Shown here one piece after another: positions 29,059 through 37,568 of a stretch of DNA of 64,000 nt (the stretch's first letter is position 1; each line of letters begins with the position of its first letter). Location of the stretch: the IMG/VR virus record IMGVR_UViG_3300044680_000280, positions 248,001 to 312,000 of that record. The stretch is one strand, 5' to 3'. The translations under genes were made by a program, and so were the position numbers. A model generated the notes under the pieces. That model did not search any database. It was not told the DNA's origin and saw nothing but the letters and a program-made list of their open reading frames with translations.

Positions 29059-30258
29059 TCAGAACTTTGATGGGTCGCCCCACTGGCTCAGGGCTTCCTT
29101 GAGCTCCTCATGGAGCGAGGCGGGCTCCGTGGTCAGGGCGTCGAGCAAAAGTTTGATGGCGACCCCACCGTGCGCCCCCAAATGCCCGCCCCGCATCTTT
29201 GTGAGGTTCTTGGGTACCTTGTCGTTTGGATCATAGCTGAACACGGCAAGAACGAATCCATTCTTCTTCAGGTTCTCCACGGTTGCCGCAGCAAGTTTCA
29301 CGCCAGCTTTCCCGTCGACACTGACGTAGTAGTCGAAGTACTCGTAGCCGAACATTTGTTTACCTTGGGCGGCCCGCTCCTTCTTGAGCTCTCTCGCCAT
29401 CGCCAGGTTGTACACGGGGGTAACTTCGACGTTGGTCTTTCTACCCGACATAGACGGGTGGTCCTTGGACACGAGCCCGCTCGAGATCAGAATGTCCTTC
29501 AGGCTTGCACCGCCCGAACCCATTTTCACACTCAAGACAGTACTCTCGTTGAGCTCACCCCCTGGCCACGCAATGTACTTTTGAGGCGCCTTGCGGACCG
29601 TGCCCCCGTCCCCGAATTCCATTACCTCTCGGACGAGCTTTGGACACAATTTCGTTAGGTCCGACTTCAGAGGACCCTCGGTAAAATGACCCAGCCAGTC
29701 CGACTCGATGATCACGTTTCCAGACTTGTCGGCGTCAAAAACGGTGTTCGCCCCGCGATGGCGAACACCCTCGGCGATCAACTTGTTTTCAATTCGACCA
29801 AAGACAACCCACATATCCGCGGACCAACCCCGTTCCTTGTAGCTCATCCATTCGGGCTTCGAAATGAAGAGCCACTCAACCCCGCTAGGATGGTGGACCC
29901 CTTCCGCAAAGTTTTTGCCCTTGATCGTGTCGACAACAGGCGGGGGCTCCCTCTTCGGACGATCGGGCGTTGGGGAACGTTCGGGACGCCACTCGCTCCG
30001 AGGAGCTGATGCCCCCGCTTTGAGGAGGTAGTCCTTTGCCATGTTGATCGCCACAAGAGCCTCGTGGCTACCGCCCTTGTCGGGATGGTTTTCCAGGGCT
30101 TTTTGGCGCCAGTTCTTGGTGATTTCCTCGGCAGAGGGCGTGTCCTTCGGATCGAAACCGAGAAGTTTGAGCGCGCGTTCTCGGGTCATGTCCCCAACAT
30201 ACTGCCACGCCAGCTTCTCCAGGTATCGTTGGGCAACTCGGGACGCAATACGGCTCAT
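29059..30258 (-). CDS. J-domain (DnaJ-like) protein with long uncharacterised C-terminus
   Basis: ALKLLG...EEITKNWRQKALENHPDKGGS...AINMAKDYL; N-terminal ASRVAQRYL. Confidence 0.85.
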   Translation of the reverse strand: MSRIASRVAQRYLEKLAWQYVGDMTRERALKLLGFDPKDTPSAEEITKNWRQKALENHPDKGGSHEALVAINMAKDYLLKAGASAPRSEWRPERSPTPDRPKREPPPVVDTIKGKNFAEGVHHPSGVEWLFISKPEWMSYKERGWSADMWVVFGRIENKLIAEGVRHRGANTVFDADKSGNVIIESDWLGHFTEGPLKSDLTKLCPKLVREVMEFGDGGTVRKAPQKYIAWPGGELNESTVLSVKMGSGGASLKDILISSGLVSKDHPSMSGRKTNVEVTPVYNLAMARELKKERAAQGKQMFGYEYFDYYVSVDGKAGVKLAAATVENLKKNGFVLAVFSYDPNDKVPKNLTKMRGGHLGAHGGVAIKLLLDALTTEPASLHEELKEALSQWGDPSKF

Positions 30259-30331
30259 GGGGGTATCCTAGTAGAGCTTACAAGAAACTTAAAGCTAGGC
30301 AAACCCCCATCCTTGGGTGTATACTGTAAAC

Positions 30332-30445
30332 GGGTCTCGTAATTGACCCACCTGAGCCACAGACCCACAACTGTTCTGAAGACTAACCTTGCAACCAAGC
30401 AAGGCTCCACTCTTTAGACTTGTGGGTCTCTGTCTTTAACGGCTC
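30332..30445 (+). ncRNA. candidate structured small RNA
   Basis: Starts 10 nt after GGTGTA 30316-30321 with no ORF; 5' hairpin plus long interrupted stem. Confidence 0.45.
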
Positions 30446-30462
30446 GGTGTAGTGGGTTCGGT

Positions 30463-30966
30463 ATGTCGTACGAAACTGATCCGAAAGTTCACAGGTGGGA
30501 TCTCCGTTACCTGGAGGCGGCCAAGCACTTTGCTCAGTGGAGCAAAGATCCGAGCACAAAGGTCGGAGCCGTCATTGTTACGAGACAACAGACCTACTCC
30601 GGCGACCTCTTGGATCTGAGAAAGATCGATATGGGCCGGATCGTTTCGGTCGGATACAACGGATTCGCACGGGGCATCAAGGACTCAGATGATCGCCTCA
30701 ACAATCGGGAGCTCAAGTACAAGATGGTTGTTCATGGGGAGCGAAACGCCATGCTCTACGCCCAGCGGGATCTCACCGGTTGCACGCTTTACACATGGCC
30801 TTTCATGCCGTGCGCCCCCTGCGCCGCCATGACGATTCAAACGGGAATCAAGCGGGTCGTGGCACCAAAAAACGACAATCCTCGTTGGGTGGAGGACTTC
30901 CAAATCACACGAACGATGTTCAGGGAAGCTATGGTAGAGCTGGTCGAAAAGGAGATTGAACTATGA
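30463..30966 (+). CDS. dCMP deaminase
   Basis: SKDPSTKVGAVI, GYNG, VVHGERNA, PCAPCA. Confidence 0.93.
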   Translation: MSYETDPKVHRWDLRYLEAAKHFAQWSKDPSTKVGAVIVTRQQTYSGDLLDLRKIDMGRIVSVGYNGFARGIKDSDDRLNNRELKYKMVVHGERNAMLYAQRDLTGCTLYTWPFMPCAPCAAMTIQTGIKRVVAPKNDNPRWVEDFQITRTMFREAMVELVEKEIEL

Positions 30967-31265
30967 TGATTTCCCGCGTTACTCTCACCCTCGAAGTCCA
31001 GTGTACGGACGGAACGACTTTCAAGTCCCCCATCTCCGTCTCTCCGTACTTATACGATGTTGTAGACTCGGAGATTCTCGCAGAATTAGGCGCGGAGCCC
31101 GAGAAATCCACTCCCGATGAGAAACTGTTCGCCATCTTAGTCAACAAGATCCGACGAAACGAAGGGTTTGTCGTGTATGAGGCTCCAACCGAGAATCGAG
31201 ATATCATCGATTGGCTGTCCACTCACATTCTCTCGATGCTTCGACTGAAGTCAAAGGACAAGTAG
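30963..31265 (+). CDS. hypothetical protein
   Basis: Overlapping start/stop with dCMP deaminase. Confidence 0.6.
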   Translation: MMISRVTLTLEVQCTDGTTFKSPISVSPYLYDVVDSEILAELGAEPEKSTPDEKLFAILVNKIRRNEGFVVYEAPTENRDIIDWLSTHILSMLRLKSKDK

Positions 31266-31268
31266 CCG

Positions 31269-32129
31269 TCAGTTGCAAGTGCAGGCTTGTTGGCTCCAGA
31301 CCTTCTGAACGCTGTACCCGTCGATGGTCTCCCACCAGAATGGTTCGTTCGCGACTTGACAGAGATCGGCAACTTCTTCGCCTGTATTGTCGTCGAACCA
31401 GCCGTTGGCGACGTCTGGGTTCGTCGACGCTTCGTAAAGCTCGTGACTGATAATACCCATCATCTCGTCGAACCAGCCCGAGTAAAGAAAGATTGCGAAC
31501 GTGTACTTCTGACTGCCGTAAGACCCGTATCCGTGGAAGCCGCCGAGCGTGAGATTGTAGTCGTTCGTCGGAATATAACCCGGAGGAAGAAACACCCCGT
31601 AGAAGGTATTCGAGTCCGGAACCGGCAAGAGCCCGACCTGAATCTCATTGTTCAGCTCGTTCGGAACGAACTGGGTCGGAAGAACCGTGAGGATTTGAGC
31701 TTGAGCGTCCGTCGACGCATCGTAGTATGTGTCCTGCCCGAGGCCGCCGTCCCCTGTTGGAAGAAGAAGATTCGCGTTCGAGTTGTAAACGTTCGTGTCG
31801 AAAGAACCCGAACCGATCCCGTATTGGGACAGACGATCGAGAACATTTCCTCCGTTCAAGAGCACGTCCCACGGTTTGTAGTATTGGCTCTGATCAACAT
31901 CTCCTTGAAGAGAACCTGTCCAGTAGCTCCCCCAGAAGACGAAGTGAACCTGCGGATGAGTGAGGAGCCAACCGTTCGCCTGATGACGGTAGACATCATA
32001 CGGACAAGTTCCAGCGTCCGGAGTGGCACCCGGAGGCGTGAAGTTCGTGGTGTCGTTCGAATCCCCGTAGGCGCAGGCACTCGCGAGAAGAAGCAGGGTG
32101 ATCCAGCTACTGTTCAGTTTGCGGCTCAT
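31269..32129 (-). CDS. lipoprotein, possibly Phi-1/EXORDIUM-like
   Basis: Lipobox LASA-C; SHELYEASTNPD...GWFDD..GEEVADLC; GGTGTA 10 nt upstream. Confidence 0.6.
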   Translation of the reverse strand: MSRKLNSSWITLLLLASACAYGDSNDTTNFTPPGATPDAGTCPYDVYRHQANGWLLTHPQVHFVFWGSYWTGSLQGDVDQSQYYKPWDVLLNGGNVLDRLSQYGIGSGSFDTNVYNSNANLLLPTGDGGLGQDTYYDASTDAQAQILTVLPTQFVPNELNNEIQVGLLPVPDSNTFYGVFLPPGYIPTNDYNLTLGGFHGYGSYGSQKYTFAIFLYSGWFDEMMGIISHELYEASTNPDVANGWFDDNTGEEVADLCQVANEPFWWETIDGYSVQKVWSQQACTCN

Positions 32130-32173
32130 ACTAAACTAGTACACCGAATCAGTGTACCGGGAGACAAGAATCC

Positions 32174-32482
32174 TCAGCCATCGGAATCAATTGGCTCTAT
32201 CGACTCCTCGCTGGTTGACAGCATGTGATCCCACACGGACTGACGCTTCTCGAGGGATTCCAACCCGCACTTTGAATCCAAAGCGAATTTCTGGCTGGAG
32301 GTGAGCATGAGCTTGGCTGATGTCTTCTTTTCGCTCTCCCAGAGCCAGAGAGACATCTTGATCTCGAGCTTGGCTTTCGGGGCGTACAGAAAACCCTTCT
32401 CGGACGCCTCTTGAGCCAGTTTTCTCCACACTTGTTCGAAAACGCGTTTGACCTTAAGTCGGTTATCGTTGAAAAGACCCAC
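32174..32482 (-). CDS. hypothetical protein with C-terminal WDHML tag
   Basis: KRQSVWDHMLSTSEE near C-terminus. Confidence 0.65.
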   Translation of the reverse strand: MGLFNDNRLKVKRVFEQVWRKLAQEASEKGFLYAPKAKLEIKMSLWLWESEKKTSAKLMLTSSQKFALDSKCGLESLEKRQSVWDHMLSTSEESIEPIDSDG

Positions 32483-32485
32483 GGG

Positions 32486-33160
32486 TCACCGAGACTTCGC
32501 CCAATCGACGAGCTCCTGCGTCACGATTCGCATGTTCTCCTCGGTCATGGGTTTCAGGGGGAGCTTGAACAGGACAACGCCCGATTCCTCTTCGCATGCG
32601 TCCGCAACGATGAGGGGCGACGAATGATTCTTGTTCGTCGAGACGGTTAGGACAACGCTCTCCCGCTCACCCGGCTTCTTTTCCAGGATGTAGCAAACGT
32701 CGGTCATGTGATCGTTTTCATGCGGGAAGAGTGTTCCCTTGAGACCCGAGGCCATGAAGACATCCGAGACGATATTGACCATGCCAGCCCTTCCGTCTGT
32801 AACTACACCGAATTTCGTCTTTGCCCAATCGATAAGTCGTTGAGCCGACATCAACGCATTCGCTAGATTGAGCTCCTCGTGTGGGAAGTCTCGCAGTGTC
32901 GCCCCCGATCCTTCCAGGGTGATCTCGGAACCCAACACGCGTTCCGCACTGTCGGCGTCAGGACGGTAGAGCTTTGCTCCGACCTTGTAGATCGAGAGGA
33001 CGACCCGTGCCGTTCGCCCGTGCGAATCAGCCAACATTTGGGGGAGGACATACCAGAGCGTCCAGTAATCAGAGTCGTGACCCTGATGCAGCTCGATTCG
33101 TCCTCCCAGCCCTGAATCCTCGAACACCTGCCACGCGGAGTCGGCAATGTCGTTCTGCAC
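32486..33160 (-). CDS. hypothetical protein (paralog of 33208-33546)
   Basis: GTG 10 nt after GGTGTA; C-terminal VTQELVDW. Confidence 0.7.
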   Translation of the reverse strand: MQNDIADSAWQVFEDSGLGGRIELHQGHDSDYWTLWYVLPQMLADSHGRTARVVLSIYKVGAKLYRPDADSAERVLGSEITLEGSGATLRDFPHEELNLANALMSAQRLIDWAKTKFGVVTDGRAGMVNIVSDVFMASGLKGTLFPHENDHMTDVCYILEKKPGERESVVLTVSTNKNHSSPLIVADACEEESGVVLFKLPLKPMTEENMRIVTQELVDWAKSR

Positions 33161-33207
33161 TATTTTAGTTTACACCGGATAGTGCCCGCATGCATCTACA
33201 GAAAAAA

Positions 33208-33546
33208 TCAAGCAAATGCGGGCTTTTGGTGGCACAACTTCCACCAGTCGACGAGCTCTTGCACGACCTCTTTGACCGCGTCGACGCTTATCGTGCGGGC
33301 CCGAATCGACTTCAGAACCTTCCCCGTCTGGTCGTCGTAGACCACCGCCGAGACGATCTTTAGAGGGCTCATCGAGATCCCACACAGAGTGTATTCGGAC
33401 GGAGCCTCACCCCCGAGCCGTAGATACGGCATTTTGAAGGTGAGGCACACGTACGAACTCGTGCTAGAGGACCACTGGTTCAAACTTCGACCGAAGCCCG
33501 CTTCCCGGAGCATTTCTTCGGCGATTTTGCTTTCTTTCTTCCACAT
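33208..33546 (-). CDS. hypothetical protein (paralog of 32486-33160)
   Basis: C-terminal VVQELVDW. Confidence 0.65.
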   Translation of the reverse strand: MWKKESKIAEEMLREAGFGRSLNQWSSSTSSYVCLTFKMPYLRLGGEAPSEYTLCGISMSPLKIVSAVVYDDQTGKVLKSIRARTISVDAVKEVVQELVDWWKLCHQKPAFA

Positions 33547-33611
33547 GACGACATCCCACCCCCACGACGGGGTGAATGGTACACCGGAGGACTGACGTGC
33601 GCCCGTCCTTT

Positions 33612-33812
33612 TTAAAGCTCGCGCGATAGCGAGAGCTCTATCTCGATTCGGGACAACACGACGGTGACAGCCTCGTCCATGTCGATCTCGTCCTGTAGGT
33701 GCTGAGTCATTTCGGGTTGTGGTTCGACCGCTCTAAATTCTTGCTTTTCCATTGACTTTGTATCCTGGTGTTCTTTCGTCATTCCCGGAGGGAATAAGTT
33801 ATTACCAGACAC
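33612..33812 (-). CDS. hypothetical protein
   Basis: ORF in co-oriented run; start uncertain. Confidence 0.5.
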   Translation of the reverse strand: MSGNNLFPPGMTKEHQDTKSMEKQEFRAVEPQPEMTQHLQDEIDMDEAVTVVLSRIEIELSLSREL

Positions 33813-34044
33813 CCCAGCACATCGCGGCCGTCTCGACGAAGACGTTCGACTTCATCTGGACCTTCGACTGAGCCCCGATTCTGAAAAGCAGGGGCTCCTC
33901 CGGGTCGTCCGTCGCGACGATTAGCATGGAAAGGACTTGGGGCTTGTTGTTCGGCAGAAGGCCGATAAAGCGGTACGTCTTGGGTCCGTGGTAGAAGACG
34001 TCGCCCTGGTTGAGTTTCGAAGCCTGTTTTTCTTTGATGAGCAC
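33802..34044 (-). CDS. hypothetical protein
   Basis: GTG 34044 after AAGGAG; ASKLNQGDVF beta-rich pattern. Confidence 0.55.
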   Translation of the reverse strand: MLIKEKQASKLNQGDVFYHGPKTYRFIGLLPNNKPQVLSMLIVATDDPEEPLLFRIGAQSKVQMKSNVFVETAAMCWGVW

Positions 34045-34048
34045 CGGG

Positions 34049-34306
34049 TCACTCCTTGGGCGTTTCGCCCGCTGCACTGAGCCACGTGTCGAGCCTCGTC
34101 GAGTTCGTGAAGTTGCGCATGACGTCGCTACGGACGCGACGGACTTTGCTTGCCTGGCTCGTCGTCTTTTTACCCGTCGCAAGCAGACGCCGAGCCGCTT
34201 TTCGTCGGTTACGGTCGTTTCGCCACTCGGCGGTAAGTTCGTGATTTTCGTCGAACTTCACGGGGCGACTCATGTGTAAAACCTGAAGGGCGGTCTTGAT
34301 GTCCAT
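34049..34306 (-). CDS. basic hypothetical protein
   Basis: GGTGTA 10 nt before ATG. Confidence 0.65.
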   Translation of the reverse strand: MDIKTALQVLHMSRPVKFDENHELTAEWRNDRNRRKAARRLLATGKKTTSQASKVRRVRSDVMRNFTNSTRLDTWLSAAGETPKE

Positions 34307-34350
34307 TCCCCATTATTACACCGGAGACACCCCGGACTCAGCCAGAAAAA

Positions 34351-34536
34351 TCAGTCGATGACGAGCAAGGTCTCCAGTTCGTGGGTCACCCCGTCGCGGG
34401 GCTGTGCCCACTTGTGGTTGCACTCTGGGCACTGCTTGATGAGGCGGTCCCGCTTGACGAGTCGGAGCTCGATCTTTTCCGCGGGGCAGTGGCATTCGGG
34501 GCAGTGTGCGTCTGTGGCCATGTTCGTTTCCCTCAC
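34351..34536 (-). CDS. zinc-ribbon protein
   Basis: CPECH...CPECNHKW. Confidence 0.7.
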   Translation of the reverse strand: MRETNMATDAHCPECHCPAEKIELRLVKRDRLIKQCPECNHKWAQPRDGVTHELETLLVID

Positions 34537-34615
34537 CCTAGTAGAACGGAAGGAGCCCAGGAACCTTTACCTTGAGCTCCTATTTGGTCAGAATGCTCGG
34601 TACGCCGAGACAGCC

Positions 34616-34861
34616 TCAGGCCACCTTCACGGCTGGCATCGAGGGCACCGTGGGGCGATCGTTCGGGCCACGACGGCTCTCTTCGAGCAACTTGAGGAGC
34701 TCCGCCTTGTTGATCTCTCGCGTCGGGCGAAACGGGGGAGCCTGAATCTCTACGACATTCGCGAAAGCAACGAGGGCGTCTTCAATTGAGTCGAATGGCT
34801 CATCCAGTCCGACCACGGGCTCGAGTTTGTCGATCTGGTCCAGGGTGTCTTCGGCTTCCAT
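34616..34861 (-). CDS. hypothetical protein
   Basis: GAGG upstream; class-2 promoter TTGAAC-N16-CGTACT at 34884-34911. Confidence 0.65.
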   Translation of the reverse strand: MEAEDTLDQIDKLEPVVGLDEPFDSIEDALVAFANVVEIQAPPFRPTREINKAELLKLLEESRRGPNDRPTVPSMPAVKVA

Positions 34862-34930
34862 TGTGATCTACCTCTTGCAAGATAGTACGGCCGGTCAGAA
34901 GCGAAGTTCAATAGCCGGCGGACAAAAACG

Positions 34931-35164
34931 TCACACTAACGTTTCTTTCAAGCTTTCGATCCTGGCTACCGCACGACCCCCCTGAAGGAGGAGCACCCGC
35001 TTCTCGCCTCGTTTCATGGCCTCGAAAAATGCCGACCACGCGTCCCGCTCCGATAGGTTCTCGTGTAGGAGAACGTCGTTTACAATGACGGTGAAAATCG
35101 ACCTATCGATAGGCGGGGGTACGCTGACTCTGAAAACTCGTCTCCCGCTTCCCCTACGCCGCAT
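34931..35164 (-). CDS. hypothetical protein (paralog of 35880-36104)
   Basis: FTVIVNDV...ERDAWSAFF...RVLLL. Confidence 0.6.
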   Translation of the reverse strand: MRRRGSGRRVFRVSVPPPIDRSIFTVIVNDVLLHENLSERDAWSAFFEAMKRGEKRVLLLQGGRAVARIESLKETLV

Positions 35165-35169
35165 GCCTC

Positions 35170-35457
35170 CTAGCTTAGCAGTTCAGGAGGGGTCCAGCGA
35201 GGTTGTTCCTTGTTTTGGGGCTCGGGGAGCGGAGCGTCACTCTCGGGAACGAAGACCTTGAAGGCACCGAATTTGGTTTCCATCGTGGTCCAAAGAACCC
35301 GGATGACGTAGTCGTCGCCGAGAGCGGGGACATTGACCTCGAAGTGCGACTTCAGCACCTTGGTGACCGTGCCATTAAGGGCACCGCTGACGAACTTTTG
35401 GCAAACCCGGACGGTCTGCCCTTTGTTGACCACTTGGACGGTTTTGGGGTCACTCAT
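35170..35457 (-). CDS. hypothetical SH3-like protein
   Basis: GGAG upstream; VNKGQTVRV. Confidence 0.65.
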   Translation of the reverse strand: MSDPKTVQVVNKGQTVRVCQKFVSGALNGTVTKVLKSHFEVNVPALGDDYVIRVLWTTMETKFGAFKVFVPESDAPLPEPQNKEQPRWTPPELLS

Positions 35458-35638
35458 TTTTCTTCTCCTTCAAAATGGGCGGATACTTCGAAGACTTCCT
35501 CGGAACCTCCTCCTCCTCGATCGGGGGAACCACCTTTCCGAGGATGTGGGCCACCAGAGCTCGCGCGGCCTTGAACTTTTGGCTCGATTCTCGACGTTCG
35601 GCTTCTCTAGCCGGAGCTTTCGGCCACTCGTCACTCAT
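35450..35638 (-). CDS. hypothetical protein
   Basis: MSDEWPK..., fits operon packing. Confidence 0.5.
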   Translation of the reverse strand: MSDEWPKAPAREAERRESSQKFKAARALVAHILGKVVPPIEEEEVPRKSSKYPPILKEKKNE

Positions 35639-35649
35639 CGGTTTCACTC

Positions 35650-35883
35650 TCACCCCCGCGAGGGTGCCCCCTTGCGCTTTCGGTTCGGTCTTGCTGTCCG
35701 CACAAACGACTTCATGAACACTTTTGCCCACCTTTCGGGAATGACCCGAGCGTTTGGACCTTTACCCTGGACCGCATTGAGCGCCAGGTCAAGCACGGAA
35801 CCGTGGATACGATTCACGTGCGTCCAGTGGCCCTGAATTGAACCCTCCCTCTTTGCCTGTCGGCGACTCGTGATCTCGTTCAC
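35650..35883 (-). CDS. hypothetical basic protein
   Basis: GTGA overlap with upstream stop. Confidence 0.45.
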   Translation of the reverse strand: MNEITSRRQAKREGSIQGHWTHVNRIHGSVLDLALNAVQGKGPNARVIPERWAKVFMKSFVRTARPNRKRKGAPSRG

Positions 35884-36104
35884 GGACGGTCCCCCATTTG
35901 AGCGAGGGGACGCCCGTTTCGCAAAAGTCGAACCCGTCGATCCTGCCGGATCGACGCAAAGAACGACGCCCAGGCTTCCTTCTCGCCGAGCTCTTCGCCC
36001 TTCACGACATCGTCCACGATGACCGTGTAATCGCGAAACACTTCCTTCTCCGGCATTTGATGCTCCAGACGGGAAAGCTCCCGCCACTTGTTCTTGGTAC
36101 CCAC
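35880..36104 (-). CDS. hypothetical protein (paralog of 34931-35164)
   Basis: YTVIVDDV...EKEAWASFF...RVRLL; upstream promoter has both TTGAAC and GGTGTA. Confidence 0.65.
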   Translation of the reverse strand: MGTKNKWRELSRLEHQMPEKEVFRDYTVIVDDVVKGEELGEKEAWASFFASIRQDRRVRLLRNGRPLAQMGDRP

Positions 36105-36141
36105 GGTTATAGTACACCGGTCAGGGGTAGAAGTTCAAGGT

Positions 36142-36501
36142 TCAGGCGTCGTTCGTGACGAGATCCGTTCGAATCGTCAGGTCGAACGGGGACTCCGCAG
36201 CGAGGACTTCCCGGGGTAGGCTGTACGTGTCGGCCAAAGTCATGTTGACCATCGAAAGGAGAGCTCGCTGGGGGAAGACGATGCTGTACGTCAGCAGGGC
36301 CTGGCGTGGACGGCCGAACTGGTCGGCGTCCACGTTCGCAGACTTCATCCACGCCTCGAGCCAGGCGACGTACGCCGGATGGCCCATATCGGTGTAGCCC
36401 TCAAGCACGATGTTTCGGCAGAGGTCCTTCAGCTCCTGCATCTCTTCGTGGTTCATGTAGGGTTTGAACAGGAGGGTCGTCGAGTCCACTTCGTAGCTCA
36501 T
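36142..36501 (-). CDS. hypothetical protein
   Basis: GGAGA upstream; overlap with upstream stop. Confidence 0.6.
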   Translation of the reverse strand: MSYEVDSTTLLFKPYMNHEEMQELKDLCRNIVLEGYTDMGHPAYVAWLEAWMKSANVDADQFGRPRQALLTYSIVFPQRALLSMVNMTLADTYSLPREVLAAESPFDLTIRTDLVTNDA

Positions 36502-36926
36502 TGTTCGTTCTCCGTTGGGGTTGGATTCGTGGAAGGGGCTCCGCATGTGCATGAATCGCAAATCTCGCACACATAGAGCCCGTGATCGTTACAGGAAATG
36601 GGAATGGCACACGTTAGGGCGAGGCGCCGCTGGCAGCCGATCGCGTGCTGTCGAGCCTTTTCGCAGACGCACTGAATGAGCTGGCAGTCACAGTCCGCAA
36701 CTCGACCGACGGCCATGTACTCGTCCAATGACATTTTGCCAAGAACCTTGTAGACACCGTTTTCATCGGGGATATCTGAAAAAAGTATAACCTCGGTACC
36801 GTCATGCGACGCCCCGTTTATGGCCCGAATCAACTCCTGGTACGGTCCCTCTTCGGGTATGGATCCCTCTTCGGGTATGGATCCCTCTTCGGGTATGGAT
36901 CCCTCTTCGGGTATGGGGTCAGACAT
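36498..36926 (-). CDS. Cys-rich hypothetical protein with N-terminal IPEEG[SP] x4
   Basis: Tandem repeat plus CDCQLIQCVC...CEICDSCTC. Confidence 0.65.
   Translation of the reverse strand: MSDPIPEEGSIPEEGSIPEEGSIPEEGPYQELIRAINGASHDGTEVILFSDIPDENGVYKVLGKMSLDEYMAVGRVADCDCQLIQCVCEKARQHAIGCQRRLALTCAIPISCNDHGLYVCEICDSCTCGAPSTNPTPTENEQ
36847..36916. repeat. 18-bp tandem repeat, about 4 copies
   Basis: CCCTCTTCGGGTATGGAT x3 plus a 16-bp fourth copy. Confidence 0.95.
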
Positions 36927-37410
36927 CGAGACAGTCGATTCGCCACCGGGTCAAACGGCAAATATCCCCCTCTGAGTCGCTCATGAGACTGAGGAGCAGG
37001 CCTTCTCCGAGGCTTGTTCGCATCTTGATGTTCTCAATGCACTGGCTCGGAGTGAGAAAAATCTTGCCGTACGGCACGGTGGGTGAATCGACTGACTCAA
37101 GCCCGGCAAGCCAATCGAGCCAACGTTTCCGCTCGGCATCGAGATCGACACTTTTGGTCGGGGGCGTAGGACGGTACTCGCTCCCGTACGCCGTCAGGAT
37201 GACTCGAGACGGGCCCGTCATGTCGACGGGGGTACAGGTCGTTTGGCTCCTGTCGAGCCAAGCCTGGGGCGTCTCGTCGCCCGCTTGACCCATGGCGAGG
37301 TATCGGGCCATTTCCTCCGTCTCCGCCAGGATGACGAGACCGAGCGTTTTGTTGGGCGCGTCCTCGACGGGACCGATGAGTTCGAGATGCCAGAGCTCCA
37401 TGAATTCCAT
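36919..37410 (-). CDS. hypothetical protein
   Basis: GGTGTA at 37414-37419; start may be ATG 37401. Confidence 0.65.
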   Translation of the reverse strand: MEFMELWHLELIGPVEDAPNKTLGLVILAETEEMARYLAMGQAGDETPQAWLDRSQTTCTPVDMTGPSRVILTAYGSEYRPTPPTKSVDLDAERKRWLDWLAGLESVDSPTVPYGKIFLTPSQCIENIKMRTSLGEGLLLSLMSDSEGDICRLTRWRIDCLDV

Positions 37411-37412
37411 CC

Positions 37413-37565
37413 TTACACCGGAGAGGGGGGCTCAACCGCCCCTTTTTTGCCCTCGAGTATCCGTTTCACACGAAGCTCCCGCTGGGCCAGCTTGAGCAAG
37501 ATCTCCATCACCGCGAGTTCGAGCCGATCGTACTCCCTGTTGGCTGAGGTCGAGATGCTCTCCAT
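37413..37565 (-). CDS. small hypothetical protein (not in ORF track)
   Basis: MESISTSANREYDRLELAVMEILL..., fills the gap between co-oriented genes. Confidence 0.5.
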   Translation of the reverse strand: MESISTSANREYDRLELAVMEILLKLAQRELRVKRILEGKKGAVEPPSPV

Positions 37566-37568
37566 GTG

